Position numbers and translations under genes: made by a program. This document shows positions 7,137 through 15,705 of a stretch of 24,000 nt of DNA, one piece after another. The notes under the pieces were generated by a model. The model did no database searches. It had not been told where the DNA came from and worked only from the letters and a program-made list of their open reading frames with translations. This DNA comes from an uncultured Actinomycetota bacterium (GTDB lineage: Bacteria; Actinomycetota; Actinomycetes; Jiangellales; Jiangellaceae), in contig CAWCED010000009.1 in assembly GCA_963794465.1 (NCBI GenBank), positions 22,518 to 46,517 of the forward strand, given 5' to 3'. How positions within the stretch are numbered: the stretch's first letter is position 1; each line of letters begins with the position of its first letter.

Positions 7137-8419
7137 ATGATCAGCGGCAGCAGGTCGGGACGGGAGCCGGGCGGGGCAATCTGGTAGGCGCCTCCGAGCG
7201 CCGCCAACGCGCGCTCGAGGCGGGCTGGCTCGTCGGTGTGCAGCGTGAGCAATGGTTCGCCAGCGCGTACGAATGCACCCGGCTTGGCGTGCATCTCGAC
7301 CCCTGCGGCAGCCTGGACCGGATCTTCCTTGCGCGCCCGACCCGCGCCCAGCCGCCAGGCCGCGACGCCGACCGCGAGGGCGTCCAGCCTGGTCAGCACC
7401 CCGTCGGCCGGCACGAGAACCGCATGTGTCTCTGCCGCAACCGGCAGGGCGGCATCCGGGTCACCGCCCTGGGCCCGGATCATCGCTCGCCAGACGTCCA
7501 TCGCGGAGCCATCGGACAAGGCATCTGCTGGGTCCCGGCCGCCGTCGATCTCGGCTGCGGCAAGCATCTCCCGAGCGAGCGCGACGGTGAGCTCGACGAC
7601 ATCCTCCGGGCCGCCTCCAGACAGGACCTCGACGGACTCGCGGACCTCCAGCGCGTTGCCGGCGGTGAGCCCGAGTGGAGTGTCCATACCGGTCAGCACG
7701 GCCACAGTGCGGACGCCGGCGTCGGTCCCGAGGTCGACCATGGTCCGCGCCAGCTCGCTCGCGGAGGCGACGTCCTTCATGAACGCGCCCGAGCCGACCT
7801 TCACGTCGAGCACCAGCGCGCCGGTGCCTTCCGCGATCTTCTTGCTCATGATCGACGAGGCAATGAGTGGGATCGCTTCCACCGTCGCCGTCACGTCGCG
7901 CAACGCGTAGAGCTTCTTGTCCGCCGGCGCAAGATCATCGCCGGCAGCGCAGACGACCGCCCCGACGGATTGCAGTTGCGCAAGCATCTCCTCGACAGAC
8001 AACGATGCTCGCCAGCCGGGAATCGACTCGAGCTTGTCCAATGTCCCGCCGGTATGGCCGAGCCCGCGGCCAGACAATTGCGGGACCGCAGCACCACAGG
8101 CGGCAACCGTCGGCGCGAGCGGGAGGGTGATCTTGTCGCCGACACCACCGGTCGAATGCTTGTCAGTGGTCGGACGCCCGACAGCGGTCCAGTCCATCCG
8201 CGACCCACTCGCGACCATGGCCGCAGTCCACCGGGCGATCTCCCGCCGGGACATGCCGCGCAGCAGCACCGCCATCGCCAAGGCAGCCATCTGCTCCTCG
8301 GCAACGGCGCCTCGGGTATACGCGTCGATGATCCAGTCGATCTGGTCATCAGTCAGCGCTGCGCCGTCGCGTTTTGTGCGGATCACGTCGACGGCATCGA
8401 ACCCCTCGGCCAGGCTCAT
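7121..8419 (-). CDS. deoA: Thymidine (pyrimidine-nucleoside) phosphorylase
   Basis: MSLAEGFDAVDVIRTKRDG, TTDKHSTGGVGDKITL, SGRGLGHTGGTLDKLESIPG and LYALRDVTATVE are present. I chose the ATG at 8419 (ATGA overlap with the cdd stop). The 39-codon upstream extension of ORF 7121-8536 is Arg/Pro-rich and lies inside cdd. Confidence 0.93.
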   Translation of the reverse strand: MSLAEGFDAVDVIRTKRDGAALTDDQIDWIIDAYTRGAVAEEQMAALAMAVLLRGMSRREIARWTAAMVASGSRMDWTAVGRPTTDKHSTGGVGDKITLPLAPTVAACGAAVPQLSGRGLGHTGGTLDKLESIPGWRASLSVEEMLAQLQSVGAVVCAAGDDLAPADKKLYALRDVTATVEAIPLIASSIMSKKIAEGTGALVLDVKVGSGAFMKDVASASELARTMVDLGTDAGVRTVAVLTGMDTPLGLTAGNALEVRESVEVLSGGGPEDVVELTVALAREMLAAAEIDGGRDPADALSDGSAMDVWRAMIRAQGGDPDAALPVAAETHAVLVPADGVLTRLDALAVGVAAWRLGAGRARKEDPVQAAAGVEMHAKPGAFVRAGEPLLTLHTDEPARLERALAALGGAYQIAPPGSRPDLLPLIIQRVE

Positions 8420-8808
8420 GGGGAGAGGTCGGTCGCGTCGAAGGCGCTGGGCAGCAGATCCGCCATCCGGACCGCGCCGGCTGAAGTGTCGACGAGCAGG
8501 TCCGGGCCGCCGTTTTCCCACAGCAGCTGGCGGCACCGTCCGCAGGGCATCAATCGCCGCCCGTCACCGCCGACACAGGTGACGGCAACCAGCCGCCCCC
8601 CACCGCCGGCATGCAGCGACGACACCAGCCCGCACTCGGCGCACAGCCCCACGCCGTACGAGGCGTTCTCGACGTTGCACCCGACGACCACTCGGCCGTC
8701 ATCGACCAACCCGGCTGCACCGACGGGGAAGCTGGAGTACGGCGCGTAGGCCGAGGCCATGACCTTGGTGGCGGAGCTGTGCAGCGCCTCCCAGTCGACG
8801 GCCGTCAT
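8416..8808 (-). CDS. cdd: Cytidine deaminase
   Basis: 130 aa. Zinc motifs CAECG and PCGRCRQ are present, with YAPYSSFPVGAA and NVENASYG. The ATG overlaps the upstream permease stop (ATGA). Confidence 0.95.
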   Translation of the reverse strand: MTAVDWEALHSSATKVMASAYAPYSSFPVGAAGLVDDGRVVVGCNVENASYGVGLCAECGLVSSLHAGGGGRLVAVTCVGGDGRRLMPCGRCRQLLWENGGPDLLVDTSAGAVRMADLLPSAFDATDLSP

Positions 8809-10064
8809 CCGGCCGACCCGCGTCTGTATATCTGGCCGTCAGCGGCGGGCATTCGCAGCCGCTGCGACGCGAAGGCCAGCACCAGGAGGGTCGTCACGTA
8901 CGGCGCCATCCGGGTGAAGTCACCGGGCACGGCGTCGATCGAGTAGTAGAGCGCTGCCGCTCCGAGAGCGATGACCGCCGAGACGCCGGCACTCACACGG
9001 CGCAGGCGCCGCCACTGCCAGATCGCGACAATCACCAGCAGCCCGGCGATGAGCAGTAGCAGGGCGTGCACCGACTCGCCACCACGGCGCAGACCGAGCG
9101 TCTCCGTATAGCCGAAGAGGCCCGAGCCGGCCAGCAGCCCGCCGGGTCGCCAGTTCCCGAAGATCATCGCGGCCAGGCCGATGTAGCCGCGGCCGCCTGT
9201 CTGGCCGTCGCGGTAGTTACTCGACGCCACCAAGGCAAGGAACCCGCCACCTAGTCCGGCGAGACCTCCGGACACGAGCACGGCGATGAACTTGTAGCGG
9301 TAGACGTTGACACCAAGCGTCTCCGCAGCGGCCGGGCTCTCACCACACGAGCGCAGCCGCAGGCCGAACGCGGTCCGCCAGAGAACGAAGTACGTGAGGA
9401 CGAACAGCAGCAGTGCGAGCAGCACAAGCAGCGACAGGTCCGTCACCAGTGCCCGCAGGCCCGCTGCCAACTCGGACACGAAAAAAATGCCGCTGCCCTC
9501 CACGTCGCCCAAGGCGTCTGAGAGCGGCCCGATCGTGATGGAACTGACGTCGCGAAGCGTGGGTGACTGAGTCTGGCCGCCGCCGGGGAGTCCGGCGAAC
9601 GTCAGCGCCGCGAGATACTGCGTCGCTCCGAGCGCGATGATATTGATCGCGACCCCGGAGATGATGTGGTCGACGCCGAAGACCACCGTCGCGACGGCGT
9701 GGATCAGGCCACCGATCGCACCCAAGGCGATCGCGCCTAGCACTCCCACCCAAGGACCGTAGTGGTAGCCGAAGAAGCCAGCCCCGAAGGTGCCGAGGAT
9801 CATCATGCCCTCGAGGCCGATGTTGACGACGCCGGACCGCTCCGACCACAACCCGCCCAGGCCGGCGAGGGCGATCGGTACCGTGGCGATGATCGTCGCC
9901 CGGATGGTGCCGGACGAGGCCAGGTCGTCGGCCCCGGTCACGAGCTGCAGCACAGAGAGCAGGAACAGCGCGGCCGCAAGGCCGATCAGAATCCACCAGG
10001 GTGAGATCCGGCCCTTCGGCCGGACGGCGGCCAACCGCTCTTTGGCGGAGTCGAGGGTGCTCAT
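8805..10064 (-). CDS. ABC importer permease (BPD_transp_2 type; YufQ/NupQ/RnsD-like)
   Basis: 419 aa and highly hydrophobic with ~9-10 predicted helices. Its position and ATGA coupling inside a BMP-lipoprotein/dual-NBD ATPase operon match nucleoside-type ABC importers. Confidence 0.9.
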   Translation of the reverse strand: MSTLDSAKERLAAVRPKGRISPWWILIGLAAALFLLSVLQLVTGADDLASSGTIRATIIATVPIALAGLGGLWSERSGVVNIGLEGMMILGTFGAGFFGYHYGPWVGVLGAIALGAIGGLIHAVATVVFGVDHIISGVAINIIALGATQYLAALTFAGLPGGGQTQSPTLRDVSSITIGPLSDALGDVEGSGIFFVSELAAGLRALVTDLSLLVLLALLLFVLTYFVLWRTAFGLRLRSCGESPAAAETLGVNVYRYKFIAVLVSGGLAGLGGGFLALVASSNYRDGQTGGRGYIGLAAMIFGNWRPGGLLAGSGLFGYTETLGLRRGGESVHALLLLIAGLLVIVAIWQWRRLRRVSAGVSAVIALGAAALYYSIDAVPGDFTRMAPYVTTLLVLAFASQRLRMPAADGQIYRRGSAG

Positions 10065-11167
10065 GCCGACACCTCCGCCTTCTCGCCCGCCGGGCGCTCC
10101 AGGGCCTGCGCGACCCGGCGTTGCTCTATCCGCACGCCGTATCGGCGCACGACCTCATAGGCGATGACGACGGTCAGCACGATGATGCCCTGGGTGATCT
10201 TGACGATGTCGGGTGCGACACCGACGAGGATCTGCAGCGGGTTGGACTGCTCGTCGAGGAAGGCGAACAGCAGCGCACCAAGAGCGATGCCGATCGGGTG
10301 GTTGCGCCCCAGCAGCGCGATCGCGATACCGGCAAAACCCAGCCCGGATTGGAACGTCGAGCCGTAGGAATAGGCTGCGCCGAACAGGATCGGCAACCCG
10401 ACCAGTCCCGCGATCCCACCCGAGATCAGCATCGCGTAGACGATCATCCGCTTCGTGTTGATGCCGCTGGCGATCGCGGCCGTCTCCGACCGACCGGTCG
10501 CTCGGAGGTCGAAGCCGAACCTCGTGCGGTTGAGCATGACCCAGTAGCCGATGCCCAGCAGGATCGCGATGAACACGAAGCCGTAGACAGTGGTGCCCGC
10601 CTGGTCCGACAGTGAGAAGCCGGGGATCCGGCTGCCCTCTGGGACCTCCTTGGTGGCGATGACGTTGCTGCCCGGCTCCTGCACAGCCGCCTTGCGCAGC
10701 AGGTAGGCCACCAGGTAGGTCGAGATCGCATTCAGCATGATCGTCGAGATGACCTCGCTGACACCTCGGCTGGCACGCAGCACGCCGGCAATTCCCGCCC
10801 ACGCCGCGCCCACCAGGATCGCCGCGACGAAGGCCAACAGAGTGTTCAGGTAGCCGGGCAGCCACGCTTCACCCGCCACGAATGCCGCGGCGAATGCGGC
10901 GATGCGATACTGCCCGTCGACACCGATGTTGAACAGGTTCATCCGGAAGCCGACCGCGACTGCGAGTCCGGAGATGTAGAGCACGGTGGCGTTGTTGACG
11001 ATGTTGGCGATGTTGCGCGGTGCGGGTACCGAAAGGATTGTCGACCACACCTCACCGACTGGGTCGCCCGCGATCAGCAGCACCAGGCTGGTGATGAGGA
11101 ACGCCGATGCTAGCGCCAGCACCGGAGCGGCGATGCCGAGCGCGATGCGGGTCAAGCGCGGTGTCAT
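10061..11167 (-). CDS. ABC importer permease (BPD_transp_2 type; YufP/NupP/RnsC-like)
   Basis: 368 aa polytopic membrane protein. ATGA overlaps occur at both ends, with the ATPase stop and with the next permease start. Confidence 0.9.
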   Translation of the reverse strand: MTPRLTRIALGIAAPVLALASAFLITSLVLLIAGDPVGEVWSTILSVPAPRNIANIVNNATVLYISGLAVAVGFRMNLFNIGVDGQYRIAAFAAAFVAGEAWLPGYLNTLLAFVAAILVGAAWAGIAGVLRASRGVSEVISTIMLNAISTYLVAYLLRKAAVQEPGSNVIATKEVPEGSRIPGFSLSDQAGTTVYGFVFIAILLGIGYWVMLNRTRFGFDLRATGRSETAAIASGINTKRMIVYAMLISGGIAGLVGLPILFGAAYSYGSTFQSGLGFAGIAIALLGRNHPIGIALGALLFAFLDEQSNPLQILVGVAPDIVKITQGIIVLTVVIAYEVVRRYGVRIEQRRVAQALERPAGEKAEVSA

Positions 11168-12705
11168 GCCGGCTCACCTGCTCCGGTCATGGCCGAGCCC
11201 AGCTGCTGCGGCGTCACCTCGCCCGGGTCGAACTCACCCACGAGTTTGCCCCGCAGGATCACCTCGATCCGGTCGGACAGGCCGATCAGCTCGTCGAGGT
11301 CGGCCGAGATCAACAACACTGCCAGGCCCTCACGGCGTGCTCGTTTGATCTGGTCCCAGATCGCTGCCTGCGCGCCGACGTCGACCCCCCGGGTCGGATG
11401 CGCAGCGATCAGCAGGATCGGTTCGCCGCTCATCTCGCGCCCGACGATCAGCTTCTGCTGGTTGCCACCGGACAATGCGCGGGCGAGCACGTCGGGGCCG
11501 GGCGTGCGCACGTCGTACTCCTTGATGATCCGCACGGTGTCGGCGCGCGCAGCTCCCTTGTCGATGAAGATGCCGTTGACGTTGGGCTCTCGGGTCTGGT
11601 GTCCGAGCACCCGGTTCTCCCACAGCGGCGCATCAAGCAGCAGACCGTGCCGCTGCCGGTCCTCGGGGATGTAGCCGATGCCCGCCTCACGGCGCTCCCG
11701 CGTCGAAACCGCCGACAGGTCGCGATCGACCAGGGTGACCTTGCCGGTGGATGCAGGGCGCATTCCCATGATGGCTTCGACGAGCTCAGCCTGGCCATTG
11801 CCCTCGACGCCGGCAATGCCCAGCACCTCACCGCGGTGGATCACGAAAGAGATGTCGTCCAGCTGCGGGCGGGCCGCGCCGTCTGACGGCAGGGTGAGGT
11901 TCTCAACGGTGATCAGTACCTCGTCGGTGACAGTGGAGGTCTCCGTGCTGGGCGACGGCAGTTCCGAGCCGACCATCAGCTCGGCAAGCTGTCGGGCGGT
12001 CACCGAGCCGGGATCAACGGTTGCCACAGTCGTGCCCCGCCGAATCACGGTGACCACATCGGCGACCGACAGCACCTCGTCCAGCTTGTGCGAGATGAAG
12101 ATGACCGTGAGGCCCTCGGACTTCAGCTCGCGCAGGTTGTCGAACAGCTCGTCGACCTCCTGCGGCACGAGGACAGCGGTCGGCTCGTCGAGGATCACGA
12201 TCTTGGCGCCCCTGTAGAGCACCTTGAGGATCTCGACTCGCTGGCGCGCACCGACACCGAGCTTCTCGACCAGGACATCGGGCTCGATGTTGAGGCCGTA
12301 GGCGTCGGAGATCTTCAGGATCTCGGCGCGCGCATCGTTACTGATGCCGTGCAGCCTCTCCGCGCCGAGCGTGACGTTCTCGATAACGGTGAGGTTGTCG
12401 GCGAGCATGAAGTGCTGAAAGACCATCCCGACTCCGGCCTGGATGGCATCTGCGGGCGAACCCAGCACGACCTGGGTGCCGTTGATCTCGATCGTGCCGG
12501 AGTCGGGCTTCTGCACGCCGTACAAGATCTTCATCAGCGTCGACTTGCCGGCGCCGTTCTCCCCCACGATCGCGTGAATCGTGCCGCCCGCGACATCGAT
12601 GTTGACGTCGTCGTTGGCGATGACGCCGGGGAACCGCTTTCCGATGCCGTGCAGCCGGACCGCCATCCGGTCGGCGCTGGTGGCGTGCTGCACCGGAGTC
12701 GACAC
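11164..12705 (-). CDS. ABC transporter ATP-binding protein with two fused nucleotide-binding domains
   Basis: 513 aa. NBD1 has GENGAGKST (Walker A) and IVILDEPTA (Walker B). NBD2 has GVEGNGQ (the degenerate Walker A usual for this family), LSGGNQQK (signature) and LLIAAHPTRGVDVGA. The GTG start at 12705 has only a weak RBS, so the ATG at residue 14 (MAVRLHGIGKRF) is an alternative. Confidence 0.92.
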   Translation of the reverse strand: MSTPVQHATSADRMAVRLHGIGKRFPGVIANDDVNIDVAGGTIHAIVGENGAGKSTLMKILYGVQKPDSGTIEINGTQVVLGSPADAIQAGVGMVFQHFMLADNLTVIENVTLGAERLHGISNDARAEILKISDAYGLNIEPDVLVEKLGVGARQRVEILKVLYRGAKIVILDEPTAVLVPQEVDELFDNLRELKSEGLTVIFISHKLDEVLSVADVVTVIRRGTTVATVDPGSVTARQLAELMVGSELPSPSTETSTVTDEVLITVENLTLPSDGAARPQLDDISFVIHRGEVLGIAGVEGNGQAELVEAIMGMRPASTGKVTLVDRDLSAVSTRERREAGIGYIPEDRQRHGLLLDAPLWENRVLGHQTREPNVNGIFIDKGAARADTVRIIKEYDVRTPGPDVLARALSGGNQQKLIVGREMSGEPILLIAAHPTRGVDVGAQAAIWDQIKRARREGLAVLLISADLDELIGLSDRIEVILRGKLVGEFDPGEVTPQQLGSAMTGAGEPA

Positions 12706-12749
12706 GACGTGACCCTACCGCGTTCACCACGGGCGCCACATGACGAAGA

Positions 12750-13802
12750 TCAGGACGTCGGGACGGTAATCTCCCCGTCGATGATCTGCTGCTTGTACTC
12801 CTCGAGGTCCGCGGTGATGTCGTCGATGAACCCACCAGTGGTGGAGTAGCCGACACCGTCGACCGACAGGTCGTAGCGGGACGCACCAGCCGGGAAGTTG
12901 CCGTCGTTGACCTCGGTGAGGTAGTCGAAGACGGCAACATTCACGTTCTTCAGCATCGACGTCATGATCACGTCTCGCACCGACTCGTCGACAAGGTTGT
13001 ACTGGTCCGAGTCGACACCAATGGCCTTCATACCCGCTGCGGACGCCGCCTCGAACAGGCCGCCGCCAGAGCCACCTGCCGCGTGGTAGACGATGTCGGC
13101 GCCGGCGTCGAACATGCCCTCCGCTGCCGTCTTGCCCTTCGCCGGGTCGTTGAAGCCCGAGAAGTCCGGTGCCTGTGTCAAGTAGACCACGTCGACCGTG
13201 ATGTCAGGGTTGACCGCCTGTGCGCCGGCGAGGAAGCCGGCCTCGAACTTCTTGATCAGCGGAGTCTCGACGCCACCGATGAAGCCGAGGTGGTCCGTCT
13301 CGGTCTTCAGCGCCGCCGCGGCGCCGACCAGGAACGAACCCTGCTCCTCTGCGAACACCAGGTTGGCAATGTTGTCAGCCGCAGCCGCCTCGTCGTCGAT
13401 GATCGCGAAGTGCAGGTCGGGGTACTCGGCCGCGACCTTGGCCACCGACCCCGAGTAGGCGAAGCCCACCGCGATGATCGGGTCGAAACCGGCGTCAGCG
13501 AAGGTGCGCAGGCGCTCCTCTCGTGCGGACTCCGGCTCGCCGTCAGCGGCCTCCGATTCCTGGCTCTCCATGCCGAATTCTTCGACAGCCTGATCCATGC
13601 CCGCGGCCGCCGAGTCGTTGAACGACTGGTCTCCGCGGCCACCGACGTCGTAGGCCATGCCCACCCTGATGTCGGACTGTGCAGTGGCTTCGCCGGTGGC
13701 TTCGGCGCCGCCGTCGCCATCTCCGTCGCCGTTGCCACCGCAGGCGGACAGTGCGAGGATTGCCGCTGAGAACAATGCTGCCATCTTGGTCATTCGACGC
13801 AA
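12750..13802 (-). CDS. BMP-family (basic membrane protein / PnrA-Med-like) substrate-binding lipoprotein
   Basis: TTG start at 13802 with AAGGAGG 6 nt upstream. The signal peptide has a lipobox (AILALSAC-GG) followed by a GNGDGDGDGG linker. GFAYSGSV, FIGG and VDSDQY-type motifs match BMP nucleoside-binding proteins. Confidence 0.9.
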   Translation of the reverse strand: MRRMTKMAALFSAAILALSACGGNGDGDGDGGAEATGEATAQSDIRVGMAYDVGGRGDQSFNDSAAAGMDQAVEEFGMESQESEAADGEPESAREERLRTFADAGFDPIIAVGFAYSGSVAKVAAEYPDLHFAIIDDEAAAADNIANLVFAEEQGSFLVGAAAALKTETDHLGFIGGVETPLIKKFEAGFLAGAQAVNPDITVDVVYLTQAPDFSGFNDPAKGKTAAEGMFDAGADIVYHAAGGSGGGLFEAASAAGMKAIGVDSDQYNLVDESVRDVIMTSMLKNVNVAVFDYLTEVNDGNFPAGASRYDLSVDGVGYSTTGGFIDDITADLEEYKQQIIDGEITVPTS

Positions 13803-13964
13803 GATAGACCTCCTTGGTCATAAAGCGCCGATTCGGACGCCATGTCGCGCGACAGCCTAGCCGTCGAAATCCCGGTGAAACCACGGAACGCCAGCACGAT
13901 GCGCGGTTGTTATCGATCCTTGACTGTGGTGAGCGATCATCATCGCACGCCGACGACGACGCGC
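13803..13964 (-). promoter_or_regulatory. Leader/promoter region of the BMP-ABC-cdd-deoA operon
   Basis: This 162-bp gap is the only sizeable one inside the minus-strand block. It contains the SD (plus-strand CCTCCTT at 13809-13815), a perfect 10-bp palindrome GTCGCGCGAC (13844-13853), a TAGGCT -10-like hexamer on the minus strand, and a weak hairpin GCGAT-n4-ATCGC (13933-13946) just after the hydrolase stop. No confident -35 or operator could be assigned. Confidence 0.3.
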
Positions 13965-14933
13965 TCAGGTAGGAGTCGTGAATGGGCGATTCGGCGTCGT
14001 GGGGGTCTTGAGTAGGTTGGTGATGTATTGGTGGAATCGGGCAGCGTCGGCGCGCTCGATGACACGGGCATTGGGGCTCAGGCCGTGGACGCCCCAGGAC
14101 ATGGCGGCATAACCGCGAGTCAGGTTCGATTCAGCTTCGATGTCGACGTGGTAGTCCGAAGCCTGCATTACCAGCTCGGCGTGCAGCAGCATTGCGACCG
14201 ACAGGGAATCAGGGTGGGTCGTGCCTGGGATGCCGACGGCTTCGTCGAAGGCGAGGGTTGGACCGCAGACCTGAAGAAAGAATTGCGAAAGGGGCGTGCC
14301 GATCCGCTCGATCCCGGCCAGCTGCTCGCGGCTGAAGACGGCGTCGCTGAGTGTCAGCGGTGCCCAGGGGACGACGGTGATGTCGAAGCCGGCCTCGAAA
14401 ACGACCCTGGCGGCGTGCGGGTCGACGTAGAAGTTGAACTCGGCGGCGGCGGTGATGTTGCCGCGGCCGTTGTTGGAGCCGCCCATGATGACAAGCTGAT
14501 TGACGTTCCGGGCAAACGACGGGTCCTTGACCGCTGCCACCGCGATATTGGTCAGCGGGCCGATAGCCACCACCGAAATCTCGCCGGGGGCCTCGGCGGT
14601 AAGGCGAATCAGCGCGTCGACGGCGTGTTCCGCCTCGGTGGAGGTGCCCGCGAAGTCCATGTTGAGCCCGCCTGAGCCGTCTCCGTGGACGTACTCAGCC
14701 GACACCCATGGCACAACGAGGGGGCGACGGCAGCCAAGGTGGATCGGCACCCCGCCGAGTCGGCCCACCGCGTTCAGGGTGAGGTGCGCGTTGCGCACCT
14801 GCTGCTCGAAGCCGACATTCCCCGACACCATGGTGATCGCGCGAAGGTCGGCGTCGGGGTCGAGCAGGCTGGCGATGATCGCGATGCAGTCGTCCTGGGC
14901 GGTGTCCGTGTCCAAGATGTAGGGGATAGGCAC
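13965..14933 (-). CDS. Nucleoside hydrolase (inosine/uridine-preferring family)
   Basis: The N-terminal DTDTAQDD matches the DxDxxxDD calcium/ribose-binding fingerprint. IVAIGPLTNIA and GNITAAAEFNFYVDPHAA are typical IU_nuc_hydro motifs. GTG start at 14933 with GAGGAG 6 nt upstream. Confidence 0.9.
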   Translation of the reverse strand: MPIPYILDTDTAQDDCIAIIASLLDPDADLRAITMVSGNVGFEQQVRNAHLTLNAVGRLGGVPIHLGCRRPLVVPWVSAEYVHGDGSGGLNMDFAGTSTEAEHAVDALIRLTAEAPGEISVVAIGPLTNIAVAAVKDPSFARNVNQLVIMGGSNNGRGNITAAAEFNFYVDPHAARVVFEAGFDITVVPWAPLTLSDAVFSREQLAGIERIGTPLSQFFLQVCGPTLAFDEAVGIPGTTHPDSLSVAMLLHAELVMQASDYHVDIEAESNLTRGYAAMSWGVHGLSPNARVIERADAARFHQYITNLLKTPTTPNRPFTTPT

Positions 14934-14965
14934 GGTGCGCTCCTCAGCAGTTGCCCGTGGCGGGT

Positions 14966-15661
14966 TCAGTAGCTCTTGGTGTGCTCGTCGGTTGTTCCCG
15001 TGACGACCGCGATGCCCGCGCTGGTGCCGACCTTGGCCGCACCTGCAGCGAGCAGCGCCACGATGTGCTCATGGCTCGTGATCCCGCCGGATGCTTTGAC
15101 GAGCACCCTCTCCGGCGCACGTTCGACGAGGTAGCGGATGCTCTTCGGGCTCGCGATCTCAACGGCGCCACTGCTGGCGTTCTTGAGGTAGGCAGCGCCC
15201 GCCGCACAGGAGATTTCGACCGCGGCGGCTTTCTCGCCCTCGTTGAGCAGCGGCAGCTCGAGCATCACCTTGATCGGAACACCCGCGGCCCGCACGACGC
15301 CAGCGATGTCCTCGCGGAACCCGTCGTAGTCGCGGCTCTTGAGCCACCCGATCTGCACACCCATGTCAATCTCGCGCGCCCCCAGTCGGACGAGCTCGGC
15401 GGCCTCGGCCGCCTTGCCGGCGCTGGTCATGACGCCGACCGTCGGGAAGTCCAGCGCCGAGGCAACGGTGATGCCCGTGCCCGCGAGCACCTCGGCGGTC
15501 AGCGCCACCCAGGAGCCGGCGACCATGGCGGCGTCGAAGCCGTAAGCCACGCACCGCTGGGCGTGCGCGACAGCCTGGTCGCGGGTGGTCCCGACTCCGA
15601 TGAGGGTGTGCTGGATGTATGGCGCCAGATCGCTGGCCGCGAGAGTGGTGAAGTCGGTCAC
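14966..15661 (-). CDS. deoC: DeoC/LacD-family class I aldolase (deoxyribose-phosphate aldolase-like, divergent)
   Basis: GTG at 15661 starts VTDFTTLAASDLAPYIQHTLI. Counterparts of the DERA catalytic residues are present: EIDMG (Asp), KVMLE, YLKNASSG (Schiff-base Lys position) and VKASGGI. The 154-codon upstream part of ORF 14966-16123 is Arg/Pro/His-rich and lies inside the kinase gene, so it was discarded. Confidence 0.8.
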   Translation of the reverse strand: MTDFTTLAASDLAPYIQHTLIGVGTTRDQAVAHAQRCVAYGFDAAMVAGSWVALTAEVLAGTGITVASALDFPTVGVMTSAGKAAEAAELVRLGAREIDMGVQIGWLKSRDYDGFREDIAGVVRAAGVPIKVMLELPLLNEGEKAAAVEISCAAGAAYLKNASSGAVEIASPKSIRYLVERAPERVLVKASGGITSHEHIVALLAAGAAKVGTSAGIAVVTGTTDEHTKSY

Positions 15662-15705
15662 GAGTGTCCGTTTCGTCGGGCTGTATGCCGGTCGCTGTGG
15701 AGCGC

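Noticed and set aside
7238-8749. 503-aa plus-strand ORF (and neighbours 7236-7910 and 7917-8582) covering deoA and cdd on the opposite strand
   Set aside because: The translation is Arg/Pro/Gly/Ser-rich with no recognisable motifs. It mirrors the frames of two genes with unmistakable motifs (TDKHSTGGVGDK; CAECG/PCGRCRQ). Long stop-free antisense frames are expected in high-GC DNA.
9481-9487. A7 homopolymer (T7 on the coding strand, encoding GIFFV) inside a permease gene, unusual for this GC content
   Set aside because: It could be a slip-strand site. However, seven bases is short, the reading frame is intact, and Phe-Phe in a membrane helix explains it. There is no evidence for phase variation.
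13803-13964. Purine/nucleoside-type riboswitch, or a tRNA, in the 162-bp leader of the BMP-ABC operon
   Set aside because: Only short imperfect stems and a 10-bp palindrome are present. There is no three-way-junction pattern or T-loop (GGTTCGAATCC-like) sequence. The same negative result holds for the other gaps over 100 bp (7014-7120 and 22499-22607).
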